Assembly: GCA_959607825.1 (NCBI GenBank) | Contig: CAUHNW010000006.1 | Location: forward strand, 6,757 to 70,756 | Origin: an uncultured Oscillospiraceae bacterium | GTDB taxonomy: Bacteria > Bacillota > Clostridia > Oscillospirales > Oscillospiraceae | DNA length: 64,000 nucleotides | Direction of reading: 5' to 3' | In this document: positions 8,233 to 19,489 of the stretch, in pieces | Position numbering within the stretch: position 1 is the first letter of the stretch | Layout: every line of letters starts with the position of its first letter | The notes under the pieces: generated by a model | The model's input: only the letters and a program-made list of their open reading frames with translations | Databases searched by the model: none | Told to the model about the DNA's origin: nothing | Program-made: the position numbers and the translations under genes

Positions 8233-9615
8233 TTATGCCTGTGGTTCCGGCCGGTAGTGCAGGGCAATTTCCTCATCGCTGAGGCGGTCCAGCTCCGACC
8301 GGGGGAGAATGGACAGCAGCCGCCAGCCAAGGTCCAGCGTCTCGTCCATGGTGCGGTTTTCCCGGCTGCCCTGTGAGACAAACTGCTGCTCAAAGGCATT
8401 GCCGAATTTCAGATACAGCTGATCCGTATCGCTGAGCTCATCCTCACCGATGACAGAGGCAAGGCTCCGGGCATCCTGCACCTTGGAATAGGATGCAAAG
8501 AGCTGGTTGGATACGTCTGCATGATCCTTCCGGGTGTAGCCCTCGCCGATGCCGTCCTTCATGAGCCGGGACAGGGAGGGGAGCACGGAAATGGGCGGAT
8601 AGATCCCCTTCTGCTCCAGCTCCCGGGACAATACGATCTGCCCCTCGGTGATATAGCCGGTGAGATCCGGGATGGGATGGGTGATATCGTCATTGGGCAT
8701 GGTGAGAATGGGCACCTGCGTCACCGAGCCACTTTTCCCCTTGATAATGCCCGCCCGCTCATAGATGGAGGCCAGGTCGGAGTAGAGGTAGGAGGGGAAG
8801 CCCTTCCGGGAGGGAATCTCGCCCTTGGAGGAGGAGAATTCCCGCAGGGCCTCACAGTAGGAGGTCATATCCGTCAGGATCACCAGCACGTGATACCCGT
8901 GCTGGAAGGCCAGATATTCCGCAGCGGTCAGGGCACAGTGGGGGGTCAGCATCCGTTCAATGATGGGGTCTGAGGCCAGATTCACAAACATGACCACCCG
9001 CTGCAGGGCTCCGGCCTCCTCAAAATCCTTTTTGAAGAAGTCCGCCACATCGTTTTTGACGCCCATGGCCGCAAAGACAATGGCAAACTCCCCGTCATCG
9101 GCGGCGACCTTGGCCTGCCGGACGATCTGGGCCGCCACATCGTTGTGGCGCATGCCCGCCCCGGAGAATATGGGCAGCTTCTGCCCACGGATCAGGGTGG
9201 ACATGCCGTCAATGGCGGAAATGCCCGTATAGATGCAGTTCCGGGGATAGATCCGGGAAACGGGATTGATGGCGCTGCCGTTGATGTTCCGGCGCTCCTC
9301 CGGGTAAAGCTCTCCAAGCCCGTCAATGGGCCGTCCCGCCCCATCGAAAATGCGGCCCAGCATTTCCGTGGAAAGGGCCAGCTCCATGGGGTGGCCGGTA
9401 AAATTGGTGCGGGCGTTTTCCAGCGAAATGCCCCGGGTGCCCTCAAACACCTGCAGCACCGCCCGGCTTCCCTCCAGCATAATGACCCGGCCATAGCGCT
9501 TCTGTCCGTTTTCCAGCGTGATCTCGGCCACCTCGTCATAGCCAATGCCGCTGACGCCGTCCAGATAGACCAGACTGCCCTCCATCTGAGAAAGGCCGAT
9601 GTATTCCAGTTTCAT
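8233..9615 (-). CDS. ntpB: V-type ATP synthase subunit B
   Basis: 460 aa with an A/B-type nucleotide-binding fold; reads as V-ATPase B throughout. Confidence 0.95.
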   Translation of the reverse strand: MKLEYIGLSQMEGSLVYLDGVSGIGYDEVAEITLENGQKRYGRVIMLEGSRAVLQVFEGTRGISLENARTNFTGHPMELALSTEMLGRIFDGAGRPIDGLGELYPEERRNINGSAINPVSRIYPRNCIYTGISAIDGMSTLIRGQKLPIFSGAGMRHNDVAAQIVRQAKVAADDGEFAIVFAAMGVKNDVADFFKKDFEEAGALQRVVMFVNLASDPIIERMLTPHCALTAAEYLAFQHGYHVLVILTDMTSYCEALREFSSSKGEIPSRKGFPSYLYSDLASIYERAGIIKGKSGSVTQVPILTMPNDDITHPIPDLTGYITEGQIVLSRELEQKGIYPPISVLPSLSRLMKDGIGEGYTRKDHADVSNQLFASYSKVQDARSLASVIGEDELSDTDQLYLKFGNAFEQQFVSQGSRENRTMDETLDLGWRLLSILPRSELDRLSDEEIALHYRPEPQA

Positions 9616-9627
9616 GTGCGGCCCTCC

Positions 9628-11391
9628 TTACTGATAGGCTGCCGCAACAGAGGAAATGGCCTCGTCCACTGCGGCATCGTAGTCGTCAAACTGAGAAATA
9701 TCGTCGTTGGGAATTTCATATTTCATGCGGATGAGCTTGTCAAAGATCCCGGTGGCACGGATCTGGGACAGGGGGATGCTCTTTGCAATCAGCCCTCTTG
9801 CCCCGTCATAGAGCCGGAAGATCACTGCCATCATCCGCTTCATCTTCTCCATGGGCACATAGGTGTCGATGGCGTTGAAGGAGTTCTGCTGCAGGAAGCC
9901 CAGCCGGATCACCCGGGCGATCTCAATGGTGAGCTTCTGATCCTCCGGGAGAATGTCCGAGCCAATGAGCTTTACGATCTCATTGAGGCTGGTCTCCTCC
10001 TTCATGACCCCCTGCAGGCGGCTGCGGAGCGTCATAAACTCCTCCCCATAGTTTGCAACATACCACGGGGTCAAATCCCCAAGATACTCCGAATAGCTGG
10101 TGTTCCAGTTGATGGCAGGGAAGTGCCGGGCATAGGCAAGGCTCCGATCCAGCGCCCAGAAGGTACGGATAAACCGCTTGGTGTTCTGAGTCACAGGCTC
10201 CGAAAAATCGCCGCCCTGAGGGGATACGGCTCCGATGACCGTAATGCTGCCCTCTCTGCCGGAAAGGGCGTCCATGTATCCGGCCCGTTCATAGAACTCC
10301 GCCAGCCGGGAGGAGAGATAGGCAGGGAAGCCCTCCTCTGCGGGCATTTCCTCCAATCGGCCGGAGATCTCACGAAGAGCCTCCGCCCAGCGGGAGGTGG
10401 AGTCCGCCATCATGGCCACATGATAGCCCATATCCCGGTAGTATTCCGCAATGGTCATGCCGGTATAGATAGAGGCCTCACGGGCCGCCACGGGCATATT
10501 GGAGGTGTTGGCCAGCAGTACCGTCCGGTACATCAGCGGCTGCCCCGTGTGGGGATCGATAAGCTCCGAAAATTCGTCCAGCACCTGGGTCATCTCATTG
10601 CCCCGCTCGCCGCAGCCAAGATACACGATCAGATCCGCATCGGACCACTTTGCCAGCTGGTGCTGGGTAACGGTCTTTCCCGCCCCAAAGGGCCCGGGGA
10701 TGGCGGCACAGCCGCCCTTTCCCAGCGGGAACAGTGCGTCAATGATTCGCTGACCGGTGACCAGCGGCCTTGTGATGGCGCGCCGGGCCTTGACCGGCCG
10801 GGCCTGCCGAATGGGCCACCGCTGGGCCAGCTTCAGCTCCACCTGCTGTCCCTCCGGGGTCTCCAATACCGCCAGAACGTCCTCTACGGTATAGCTGCCG
10901 CTTTCCACGGCGGAGACGACCCTGCCGGAGAGGTTGGGCCGCAGCATGCTCCGGTGACGGATCACCGGGGTCTCGTCACACTCGGCGTAGACCTGCCCGG
11001 GTGCAAGGGCATCCCCGGCCTTGACCAGCATGGTCACGTCCCATTTTTTCTCCGTGTCCAGGGGCGGGATATGGATGCCCCTGCCGATAAATGCCCCGGT
11101 CTCCTCTGCAATGCCCCGGAGGGGGCGGCAGATGCCGTCAAAGATGTTGTTCAGCAGTCCCGGCCCAAGGGTAATGGACATGGGGGCATTCTGCGGCTCC
11201 ACAGGCATCCCGGACACCAGTCCCGTGGTGTCCTCATAGACCTGCACGGTGGTCTCGTCTCCAATGACGGATACCACCTCACCCAGCAGCCCCTCCGGGC
11301 CCACGCTGACCATGTCCATAATGGCAAGGCCCTTGCCGCCCTTTACGGTGACAACGGGGCCGTTGACCCCGTGAATGTAGTAATTTGACAT
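9628..11391 (-). CDS. ntpA: V-type ATP synthase catalytic subunit A
   Basis: 587 aa with the P-loop GPFGAGKTV and a non-homologous insertion region. Confidence 0.95.
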   Translation of the reverse strand: MSNYYIHGVNGPVVTVKGGKGLAIMDMVSVGPEGLLGEVVSVIGDETTVQVYEDTTGLVSGMPVEPQNAPMSITLGPGLLNNIFDGICRPLRGIAEETGAFIGRGIHIPPLDTEKKWDVTMLVKAGDALAPGQVYAECDETPVIRHRSMLRPNLSGRVVSAVESGSYTVEDVLAVLETPEGQQVELKLAQRWPIRQARPVKARRAITRPLVTGQRIIDALFPLGKGGCAAIPGPFGAGKTVTQHQLAKWSDADLIVYLGCGERGNEMTQVLDEFSELIDPHTGQPLMYRTVLLANTSNMPVAAREASIYTGMTIAEYYRDMGYHVAMMADSTSRWAEALREISGRLEEMPAEEGFPAYLSSRLAEFYERAGYMDALSGREGSITVIGAVSPQGGDFSEPVTQNTKRFIRTFWALDRSLAYARHFPAINWNTSYSEYLGDLTPWYVANYGEEFMTLRSRLQGVMKEETSLNEIVKLIGSDILPEDQKLTIEIARVIRLGFLQQNSFNAIDTYVPMEKMKRMMAVIFRLYDGARGLIAKSIPLSQIRATGIFDKLIRMKYEIPNDDISQFDDYDAAVDEAISSVAAAYQ

Positions 11392-11403
11392 TGCCTCGCC
11401 TCC

Positions 11404-12009
11404 TCAGTCGTCCGCAAGATCCAGACCAAACAGCTCGGCAAAGTGTCCGTCCAGATCCCCAAGGGCCGTATCATAGCTCTGATCGGCCCGGAGCAGCTTG
11501 GAATGGCAGTCCACGATCAGTCCGCCCAGCCGGAAGGAACCGGCCTGAAAGGTCACATGCCGCCCGGGCAGGCACCCGGCCAGCTCCCGCTGATACTGCA
11601 TGTCCTCGGGGCGGAGCCAGATCAGGCCGTCATAGGGGTTGCCAAGGGCCGCAAAGGCCTCGATGTAGAGCTGCTTCAGGTGGGGGAGATAGTCCTCGGT
11701 TTTGGTAAAGGCCAGCAGCTTTTCCCGGACTGCGTCAAAGACCTCATGGCCGATCTTCTCCCGTCGGGTGGCAATGATCCGCTTGTCGGCCATCATGCGC
11801 CGGGAGATCTCCCGGCCGGTCTCTGCGGTGATGGCCTCAGACTTCTGCTGGGTCTCCGTATCCACCCGGCGGCGTATTTCCGCCGCAGCCGTCTCCACCC
11901 GGGCCCGGCGCTGGGCCTCCACCCGGCTGAGGATCCCGTCCCGTTCCTGCTGGGCATCTTCCAGCACCAGCTGCCGGAACCGGTTCAGTTTATGATTGAT
12001 ATCAGGCAT
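11404..12009 (-). CDS. V-type ATP synthase subunit E
   Basis: 201 aa. Coiled-coil N-terminus rich in Q/E/R/A and a globular C-terminus (GGLIVDC...); lies between F and A. Confidence 0.7.
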   Translation of the reverse strand: MPDINHKLNRFRQLVLEDAQQERDGILSRVEAQRRARVETAAAEIRRRVDTETQQKSEAITAETGREISRRMMADKRIIATRREKIGHEVFDAVREKLLAFTKTEDYLPHLKQLYIEAFAALGNPYDGLIWLRPEDMQYQRELAGCLPGRHVTFQAGSFRLGGLIVDCHSKLLRADQSYDTALGDLDGHFAELFGLDLADD

Positions 12010-12027
12010 TCGCCCATCACTCCTTCG

Positions 12028-12336
12028 TTATACCTTGATTCCGATGGCCTCCCGGATATACCGGGTGATGGAGTCCGGCGGGCGCTCCGTATGGTGGCGA
12101 TCCGGGATCTCCACCAGCAGGGGCCGCACCGAGGTGAGCTTCAGGGCCTTTACCCGTTCCGGGCACAGGGCCGAGAGCTTTTCATTGATGAGAAGGATGC
12201 CGATGTCCGGATCCTTCTCCGCCATGTCTATGGCCCGAAGGGTCTCCTCCTTGGTTTTGCAGAGAACCCCCTCCATTCCGGCCAGCCGAAGTCCTGTGAG
12301 GGTGTCGGAATTATCGGAGATCACAAAGTACCGCAT
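12028..12336 (-). CDS. V-type ATP synthase subunit F
   Basis: 102 aa: MRYFVISDNSDTLTGLRLAGMEG... Confidence 0.8.
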   Translation of the reverse strand: MRYFVISDNSDTLTGLRLAGMEGVLCKTKEETLRAIDMAEKDPDIGILLINEKLSALCPERVKALKLTSVRPLLVEIPDRHHTERPPDSITRYIREAIGIKV

Positions 12337-12340
12337 GATC

Positions 12341-12778
12341 TTACATAAAGAGCATCAGCAGAGCCACCAGCAGGCCGTAGAGGGCCACGCCCTCGGCCAG
12401 ACCTACAAAGATCAGTGCCTTGCCGAAAATGCTGTCGTTTTCGCTCATGGCGCCCAGTGCCGCTGCCGCCGCAGAGGAAACGGCGATGCCGCCGCCTACG
12501 CCGGACAGGCCCACGGCCAGCGCCGCACCCACATATTTGAGGCCATCGGCAATGCCGGAGGCATTTGCGGCATTCGCTGCCGCATCGGCGGCAAATGCGG
12601 TGCCCGAGCAGGCAAAGCCGAATACGGTGGCCATTGCCACCAGTCCGAAGAAGCCGAAGCAGTGGGCAATCAGGGGCTTTTTCACGGTTTTGCCGTCCTT
12701 ATGGCGGCGGGAAATGTACACAAGGGGCAGGACGATGGCCAATGCCATCACGAGCATAATCAAGATTGTCTTTATCAT
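12341..12778 (-). CDS. V-type ATP synthase proteolipid subunit K
   Basis: 145 aa; Gly/Ala-rich hairpin helices with the conserved carboxylate helix. Confidence 0.85.
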   Translation of the reverse strand: MIKTILIMLVMALAIVLPLVYISRRHKDGKTVKKPLIAHCFGFFGLVAMATVFGFACSGTAFAADAAANAANASGIADGLKYVGAALAVGLSGVGGGIAVSSAAAAALGAMSENDSIFGKALIFVGLAEGVALYGLLVALLMLFM

Positions 12779-12804
12779 GGTAGATCCTCCATTTACGCAA
12801 AGAA

Positions 12805-14721
12805 TTAGAAATCAGTCTTTTTTGTATAATCGATGACTGCGGGGGAGAAGGGACGGCTGCCGGATTCATAGAACCGGCCAAACATCTCATAGAATTCCAG
12901 ACGGAGCACCTGAATGCAGACCATCAGGCCCTCGATGCCCATGACCAGAATGTTGCCGATGACCAGCACCACCGGGGAGGCGGGGCTGCCCGCCAAGGTA
13001 TAGACCACCAGCATCATGCCCGCATGGCAGATGGCATAGGCCCCCACCCGCAGGAAGGATACGGTGTTGGTGACAAAGGAGAGGATCACCTCAAACATTT
13101 CAAAGAGGTTCTCGGCAATGAAGCCCCCGATGGATTCGGGCTTCCAGTCCTTTTTCTTTGCCGCCAGCTTCCCCAACGGCTCCTGACAAAACATCACCAG
13201 CAGGGGAAGCACGATAAATACAAGGATATAGGCAGGGCGGAAGACCTTTGCGCCGGTGGTGAGCATCACCACGGCCCCGATGACCACCGCCAGATAGAAG
13301 ATGATCCCCGCCAGAGAGTTGTTGGTAAAGAAGATCTTTTTGATGTCCTTCTGACGGATGCCGTTGGTGATGTTGATGACCATCATCATCGTAATGATCA
13401 CGGCGCCCATGGCGGCGGAGACGATCAGGATCCTTGTGGCGTTGGCCCCGGATTCCAGCACATGAAAGCCCGGGATCAGGTGTTCATAGCCAAAGAAGCT
13501 GCCGAACACAAAGCCGAAGAGGGTAGAGAACACGCCCACGCTGCCCAGAATGCCGCCCAGCCACATGCCCTTTACCTTGTAGAGGAAAATGCCCAGTCCA
13601 ACCAGCACAAGCCCCTGTCCCACATCCCCGTACATGAGGCCGAAGAGAATGGAATAGGTCACGGCCATCAGGAATGTGGGGTCAAATTCATTGTAGGCGG
13701 GAAGGCCGTACATCTCCGTAAAGGGCTGGAAGAGCCTTGCCCAGAAGTTGTTTTTCAGCAGCACCGGCGGCGTCTGCTCCTTCACCGATGCGGGGTCATC
13801 CTGGGCCAGCATCACGTCCGGGAAGGGCTCCAGAGACTTCTGGATCTCCGCCACGGCACTGACCGGAGCCCAGCCGCAGAGCAGGAAGGTCTGATCCTCG
13901 GTCATCACCGCATATTTCTTGATCTCTCCGGCGCCGTACATGAATTTCAGGTAGCTGTAGAGCAGCAGAAGCTCTCCGGTGGCCTGCTGCTTCCAGCTGT
14001 CATAGGCCGCCTGATTCCGGGAGAGCTTTTCCCGGCTGGTATTGGTGTCCGCCTCCAGCATTACGGCGGTATCCTCCGGGGTGCCCGCCACATGCTCCGT
14101 CAGGCGCATCCGCTCGAAGCCAAGGGAATCCATGAGCCGGTCGGATTTCCCGGCGCAGCTCTTGGGGGTCACATAGCAGAGATACACATAGTCCTGCCCC
14201 AGCTGGGTGGGGTAGAGGATGATCTCCGGGTTATCCTCGATTTTTACGCTGAGGGAGTCAAATGCCTCCCGGAGCATCCGGCCAAACCGGAACCGCACAT
14301 AGCCCAGATGATAGATCTCGGATAGATTGCTTGGAAGTCCCGCAAACCGCTGGAGATCCTCCACCTCATGGGTATTCTCGGAGATCCGGCGCTCCAGCTG
14401 CTGGCGTGTATCCGTAAACTGCCGGAACTGCCCGTTCAGGGCCCCAAGCCGCTCTCTGGCCGTGTCCAGATCCAGCGCTTCCTGACGGAAATCCGCAAAT
14501 GCAAACGGAATCTCCATCTCCTCCATGAGCTTCTGCACCATGGAAAGGGGCTCCTGCCACGAGTTGTTCCATGACAGGGGAACCATATGGGTATTCTTGC
14601 TGAGAATGCCTTCGGCCTCCACGGGATGGAACTGCTGGTTCACAAGACTGGTGCAGATGACATGGTCAATGGCATCGCCGGGCCCCGCCAGCGTCAGCAT
14701 TTTCATGGGAACGACAGACAT
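12805..14721 (-). CDS. V-type ATP synthase subunit I (a)
   Basis: Start taken at MSVVPMKMLTL behind an AAAGAGGTGA RBS, 1 nt after the subunit C stop. Soluble N-terminal half and polytopic C-terminal half. Confidence 0.85.
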   Translation of the reverse strand: MSVVPMKMLTLAGPGDAIDHVICTSLVNQQFHPVEAEGILSKNTHMVPLSWNNSWQEPLSMVQKLMEEMEIPFAFADFRQEALDLDTARERLGALNGQFRQFTDTRQQLERRISENTHEVEDLQRFAGLPSNLSEIYHLGYVRFRFGRMLREAFDSLSVKIEDNPEIILYPTQLGQDYVYLCYVTPKSCAGKSDRLMDSLGFERMRLTEHVAGTPEDTAVMLEADTNTSREKLSRNQAAYDSWKQQATGELLLLYSYLKFMYGAGEIKKYAVMTEDQTFLLCGWAPVSAVAEIQKSLEPFPDVMLAQDDPASVKEQTPPVLLKNNFWARLFQPFTEMYGLPAYNEFDPTFLMAVTYSILFGLMYGDVGQGLVLVGLGIFLYKVKGMWLGGILGSVGVFSTLFGFVFGSFFGYEHLIPGFHVLESGANATRILIVSAAMGAVIITMMMVINITNGIRQKDIKKIFFTNNSLAGIIFYLAVVIGAVVMLTTGAKVFRPAYILVFIVLPLLVMFCQEPLGKLAAKKKDWKPESIGGFIAENLFEMFEVILSFVTNTVSFLRVGAYAICHAGMMLVVYTLAGSPASPVVLVIGNILVMGIEGLMVCIQVLRLEFYEMFGRFYESGSRPFSPAVIDYTKKTDF

Positions 14722-14725
14722 TTCA

Positions 14726-15772
14726 TCACCTCTTTGCTTCCGCACCAATGAGGGGCACATAGCTCCGGGGCTCCACCCCGTAGCGGATGCACTCAATGAT
14801 GCTGATGATATTGCGCAGCTCGATCTCCTTCAGGCCCAGATAGGCCATGGGCGTATAGATGGTGGGCACGGCGGCCCGGAGCTGTCGCTGATTGAACCGG
14901 TACTGCATGGTATAGAGATAGGCCTCCGGCCCCGAGGGTGAAATGGACCGGAACAGGGGCCCGTAGGGCCCGTTTAGAACCAGCTCTCTGGCGGCGGCAT
15001 AGTCCGGGGCGGAGAGAAGCTGCTGTACATAGTCCTTCCCCAGCTTGCCGGAGCAGGGCAGGGGAAAGCTGAAGGACCGCACATCCTCTTCGGAGAAGTG
15101 CTGCCGGAGCCGGAGAAACATCACCAGATTTAAGAGATCCGTCTCCTGATCCAGCGCCTTCCGGGTGATCTTCTGACCGTCGGGCCTTCCATAGCGGCCC
15201 AGCACCTTATATAAATGGGCGTAATAGGTCACCAGCAGGATGTTGTCTACAAAGGCCATGGTGGGCGGGGATTCGGAGGCGGCGCTTCGGGCCATGGCGG
15301 AGCCGTAGATGGTGTCCCGGGCGGCATCCGCAATCTGCCGGTAGGTCTCCGCCTGACTCAGGGCCTGAAGATCCAGATGGCTGTGCCTGCGGAGCAGGGG
15401 CGCCCATGTGGCCTCCGGCTCCAGCATATGCCGGGAGGAGAGCCGCCGCATGGAGGTCAGAATGGCCTCCTTTTCCGCCTGATAGATGGGAAACCGCATC
15501 AGCGCCTGATCCTGTAGGGATAAAAAGCTGAAAATCCGGTGATATTCATTGCGGTAGGTGGTGCGCAGGGCATTTTCCAGCTGCTCCCGGTGCAGTCCCT
15601 CGGGATGCAGCCCCGCAAGCTCCCTTCGGTAGCCCCGATGGGACTGCAAAAAGGCCGCCGCCTGAGGGATGGTGGTTTTGCCCATGAGCTGCCGGTAGTC
15701 CTCGCCGGTCATCCGGCCCCCATACATGGCCCGAACCTTGGCGGCCACCGCCAGATAGGCGTTACCGGCCAT
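14726..15772 (-). CDS. V-type ATP synthase subunit C (d)
   Basis: 348 aa: MAGNAYLAVAAKVRAMYGGRM... matches the NYxYLxARVRAM motif. Confidence 0.8.
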   Translation of the reverse strand: MAGNAYLAVAAKVRAMYGGRMTGEDYRQLMGKTTIPQAAAFLQSHRGYRRELAGLHPEGLHREQLENALRTTYRNEYHRIFSFLSLQDQALMRFPIYQAEKEAILTSMRRLSSRHMLEPEATWAPLLRRHSHLDLQALSQAETYRQIADAARDTIYGSAMARSAASESPPTMAFVDNILLVTYYAHLYKVLGRYGRPDGQKITRKALDQETDLLNLVMFLRLRQHFSEEDVRSFSFPLPCSGKLGKDYVQQLLSAPDYAAARELVLNGPYGPLFRSISPSGPEAYLYTMQYRFNQRQLRAAVPTIYTPMAYLGLKEIELRNIISIIECIRYGVEPRSYVPLIGAEAKR

Positions 15773-16100
15773 GGCCGTCGCCTGCCTTTCCTACGATCCG
15801 GGCTACAATGGTGTCCACCCATTGATCCTTTTTGGCTGCATACAGGGCTTCCACCTGCCCCAGCTTTTGCTGAAGGCGGTCATCCAGTGCCTGAAGCTGC
15901 TCCTGACAGGCGGCCTGCTCTTTTTGACGAAGCTCGTCCAGCGTCTTTTGGGCCTCGGCCTCATACTGGGCAGTAATGGTCTCGATCTCCCGCTGGATAC
16001 CTTCCTCCAGCGTGGCCTCCGCCGCCTTGGCGTCCCGGGTCAGTGCCTGCGCCTGCTGGTCGGTGGCCAGAACACGGCCAATGAGTTCTGCCTGATTCAC
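15762..16100 (-). CDS. V-type ATP synthase subunit G/H-like coiled-coil protein; first gene of the operon
   Basis: GTG start (VNQAELIG...) preferred because of an AAAGGGGGA RBS; the track's TTG at 16121 is the alternative. A/E/Q-rich coiled coil. Confidence 0.5.
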   Translation of the reverse strand: MNQAELIGRVLATDQQAQALTRDAKAAEATLEEGIQREIETITAQYEAEAQKTLDELRQKEQAACQEQLQALDDRLQQKLGQVEALYAAKKDQWVDTIVARIVGKAGDGHGR

Positions 16101-16518
16101 AGAAAGTCCCCCTTTTTGCAAAAGCTCCGGGCAGGTGGTGGGAATGTGCCAGATGTCCGGAGTGAATATTATTGTTTGAGTTTCGATTTTGCGAAGATGA
16201 AATAATCTTCACAAACCATTATAAACCGATTCTTATAAATTGCAAGTATTTGGCCGCAAATTGTATCCGCCTCCCGGCAATCGCCGCAGTCCGGCTGCCG
16301 TTCCGGCCCCTTCACGGCGAAGATTTTACAAACTTTTTTGATGAAAAAACATTATTTTCTCACTGTTTTGAAGGAAGATATTCCATCATTTTGCGGGAAA
16401 ATTGATTTGTAAAAATCACTTCCATTTCGGGATACACTCCTGTATAATATTCCTAAACAACGGAGGCGGCAGCGCCGCTTCCCGGCAAAACCATCACATT
16501 ATGACAGGAGGATTTCAT

Positions 16519-17010
16519 ATGGATCAGCGTTCTAAAAAGCTTTTGACGCTTCTGGAGAATGACTGTACACTGAATCATACAGAGCTGGCCGCCATGTGCG
16601 ACACCACCGTAGAGGACATCGACCTTCGGATCAAGAGCCTCACGGAGGAGGGCGTCATTCTGGGCTATAAGGCCATGATCAACTGGGAAAAGACTTCCGT
16701 AGAGGCCGTAGAGGCTCTGATTGAGGTCAAGATCACCCCTCAGCGGGACAAGGGCTTTGACCGCATCGCCCAGCGGATCTATCAGTATGAGGAGGTGGAA
16801 AGCTGCTACCTTATGTCCGGGGGCTATGACCTGACGGTGATCCTCACCGGCCGGACCCTGCGGGAGGTGGCGCTGTTCGTATCCCAGAAGCTCTCCACCA
16901 TTGAGGGCGTCACCAGCACTGCCACCCATTTCATTCTCAAAAAATATAAGCAGAGCAACGTGGTGTTCATTCCCAAGGAGGAACAGAAAGAAAGGCTGAT
17001 TTTCGTATGA
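16519..17010 (+). CDS. Lrp/AsnC-family transcriptional regulator
   Basis: Start at MDQRSKKLLTLLEN behind an ACAGGAGGA RBS. HTH followed by a RAM domain (ExYxxxGxYDLxV). Confidence 0.85.
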   Translation: MDQRSKKLLTLLENDCTLNHTELAAMCDTTVEDIDLRIKSLTEEGVILGYKAMINWEKTSVEAVEALIEVKITPQRDKGFDRIAQRIYQYEEVESCYLMSGGYDLTVILTGRTLREVALFVSQKLSTIEGVTSTATHFILKKYKQSNVVFIPKEEQKERLIFV

Positions 17011-18182
17011 TCGACTACAGCCGTATGATTTCTCAGCGGGTGCAGGATATCAAGCCCTCCGGCATTCGCAAATTCTTTGATATTCTTGAAAATATGACCG
17101 ATGCCATCTCTCTTGGCGTTGGCGAGCCGGATTTCCAGACCCCATGGCATATCCGGGATGCGGGCATCTACTCCCTGGAGCAGGGCTTTACCAAGTACAC
17201 CTCCAACGCCGGTATGACCGATGTTCGCCGGGAGATCTCCAACTATCTCTCCCGGCGTTTTGATCTCCACTATGACTATAACGACCAGATTCTTGTGACC
17301 GTAGGCGGCAGCGAGGGCATTGACTGTGCCATCCGGTGTCTTGTGAACCCCGGGGACGAGGTGCTGATCCCGGAGCCAAGCTTTGTGTGCTACGGGCCCA
17401 TGGTATCGCTGGCCTCCGGTGTGCCGGTGCCCATTGAGCTCACCGCCGACAATGAGTTCCGTCTCAGCCCCGAGCAGCTTCTGTCCAAGGTCACGGACAA
17501 GACCAAGATCCTTGTTCTGCCCTATCCCTCCAACCCCACCGGAGGCATTATGGAGCTGGAGGATCTCAAGGCGCTGGTGCCCATCCTGAAGGAACGGGGC
17601 ATTATGGTTTTGTCCGATGAGATCTATGCGGAGCTTACATACGGCCCCCGCCATGTCTCCATGGCCAATATCCCGGAGATGTACGACCAGACCATCGTGG
17701 TCAACGGCATGAGCAAGTGCTATTCCATGACCGGCTGGCGTCTGGGCTATGCCTGCGGCCCCAAGGAGATCATTGCCCAGATGACCAAAATCCATCAGTA
17801 CGCCATCATGTCCGCCCCCACCACCAGCCAGTATGCGGCGGTGGAGGCCCTGCGCAACGGGGACGGGGACATTGAGGCCATGAAGGAAGAGTATGACGGC
17901 CGCCGCCGGTTTCTGGTGCAGGGGCTCCGGGAGCTGGGCCTTGACTGCTTTGAGCCCAGAGGCGCTTTTTACGTGTTCCCCTGTATCCGCTCCACGGGGC
18001 TTTCCTCCGAGGAGTTCTGTGAGCAGCTTCTGATCTCCCAGAAGGTGGCCTGCATTGCGGGCAACGCCTTTGGAGAGAGCGGCGAGGGATATGTGCGCAT
18101 GTGCTATGCCGCCAGCATGCATGATCTGCAGGAGGCCCTCCGGCGCATTGGGCTTTTCCTTGACACGTTAAAGCAAAAATGA
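17007..18182 (+). CDS. Class I/II PLP-dependent aminotransferase (AlaT/AspC-like)
   Basis: 4-nt ATGA overlap with the Lrp gene. Motifs GEPDF, NPTG, SKxYxMTGWRLGY. Confidence 0.85.
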   Translation: MIDYSRMISQRVQDIKPSGIRKFFDILENMTDAISLGVGEPDFQTPWHIRDAGIYSLEQGFTKYTSNAGMTDVRREISNYLSRRFDLHYDYNDQILVTVGGSEGIDCAIRCLVNPGDEVLIPEPSFVCYGPMVSLASGVPVPIELTADNEFRLSPEQLLSKVTDKTKILVLPYPSNPTGGIMELEDLKALVPILKERGIMVLSDEIYAELTYGPRHVSMANIPEMYDQTIVVNGMSKCYSMTGWRLGYACGPKEIIAQMTKIHQYAIMSAPTTSQYAAVEALRNGDGDIEAMKEEYDGRRRFLVQGLRELGLDCFEPRGAFYVFPCIRSTGLSSEEFCEQLLISQKVACIAGNAFGESGEGYVRMCYAASMHDLQEALRRIGLFLDTLKQK

Positions 18183-18192
18183 TACTCTAATA

Positions 18193-18229
18193 GGGGTATG
18201 GGCGGATCCCATACCCCTTCATTTTTATA
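18193..18229 (+). terminator. Rho-independent terminator
   Basis: Hairpin ggggtatgggcggatcccatacccc followed by a T-run. Confidence 0.7.
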
Positions 18230-18259
18230 CCGTGCACGGCACGAAAAGGAGCGAGATAA

Positions 18260-19489
18260 ATGCATAACTGCTTTCAGGCTGCTGATATTCTGATTCCCGG
18301 CAAAATTTCCATGACCAAATGGGCCTGCGTGGCCTGCGATCAGTATTCCTCCCAGCCGGAATACTGGGAGCGTGTCCGGGACTTTGTGGGGGATGCCCCC
18401 TCTACCTACCATATGATCTTCCCGGAGGCCCTGCTGCGGCAGGGAGCAGGGAAGGAGCGCATCGAATCCGGCCACCGGCATATGGAGGAATATCTGTCCT
18501 CCGGCCTGTTCCGGGAGCTGCGCCGGAGCTTTATTTATGTGGAGCGCACCATGGCCTCCGGGGCGTGCCGCCGGGGCCTCATGGGTCAGGTGGATCTGGA
18601 GGAATACGACTTTACACCCGGCTCCGCTGCCCACATCCGTGCCACCGAGGGCACCGTGCAGGAGCGCATTCCCCCCAGAATGGAGCTGCTCCGTGGGGCC
18701 AAGCTGGAATTCCCCCATGTGCTGCTGCTCTGCGATGACAAGAAGGATGAAATCCTGAAAACCGCAAAGGAAAACGCCGGGGAAAAGGTCTATGACTTCG
18801 ACCTGATGGAAAACGGTGGACGGATCCGGGGCTATCTGATCTCCGGCATGGGCGTGGGCGTGGTCAACAGCGCCATTTCCGCCTATATCGCCGCCACCGA
18901 GGCCGCCCAGCCCGCCGGAAAGGCCATGAGCTTTGCGGTAGGTGACGGCAACCACTCTCTGGCCTCCGCCAAGGGCTGCTGGGAGGAGATCAAGCCCACC
19001 CTCACCGAAGAGGAGCGGATCTCCCACCCCGCCCGGTATGCGCTGGTGGAGCTGGAAAATGTCCATGACGAGGCCATCGAATTTGAGCCCATCCACCGGG
19101 TGCTGAAGGGCGGGGCGCTGCCCCGTCTCATGGATATCCTCCGGGCAAAGTCCGTGTCCGAGGGCTACCCCATTACCCTGATCACAAAGGACGGGGAGGA
19201 GACCATTCATTTTTCCAGAGACGAAAGCCCGCTGGCCCTGTCGATTCTCCAGCCCATTCTGGATGACTTTGTGGCCGAGACCGGCGATGCCATCGACTAT
19301 ATCCACGGGGAGGATGTAGCCCGGCAGCTGGCGCAGGCAGAGGATACCCTTGCCATTATCGTTCCGGGCATGGAAAAGTCCTCCCTGTTCCCTGGGGTTC
19401 TCGCAGGGGGCGTGCTGCCTCGAAAGACCTTCTCCATGGGGCAGGCCAACGAGAAGCGCTATTATCTGGAAGGGAAGAAGCGAGCATGA
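18260..19489 (+). CDS. DUF1015 family protein
   Basis: 409 aa; resembles the conserved DUF1015 core (FRELRRSFIYVER...). Confidence 0.65.
   Translation: MHNCFQAADILIPGKISMTKWACVACDQYSSQPEYWERVRDFVGDAPSTYHMIFPEALLRQGAGKERIESGHRHMEEYLSSGLFRELRRSFIYVERTMASGACRRGLMGQVDLEEYDFTPGSAAHIRATEGTVQERIPPRMELLRGAKLEFPHVLLLCDDKKDEILKTAKENAGEKVYDFDLMENGGRIRGYLISGMGVGVVNSAISAYIAATEAAQPAGKAMSFAVGDGNHSLASAKGCWEEIKPTLTEEERISHPARYALVELENVHDEAIEFEPIHRVLKGGALPRLMDILRAKSVSEGYPITLITKDGEETIHFSRDESPLALSILQPILDDFVAETGDAIDYIHGEDVARQLAQAEDTLAIIVPGMEKSSLFPGVLAGGVLPRKTFSMGQANEKRYYLEGKKRA

Noticed and set aside
16172-16405. 77-aa ORF in the AT-rich region between the V-ATPase operon and lrp
   Set aside because: It has no RBS. 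It lies in a promoter-rich low-GC spacer, and its amino-acid composition reflects AT-rich DNA. It is most likely non-coding.
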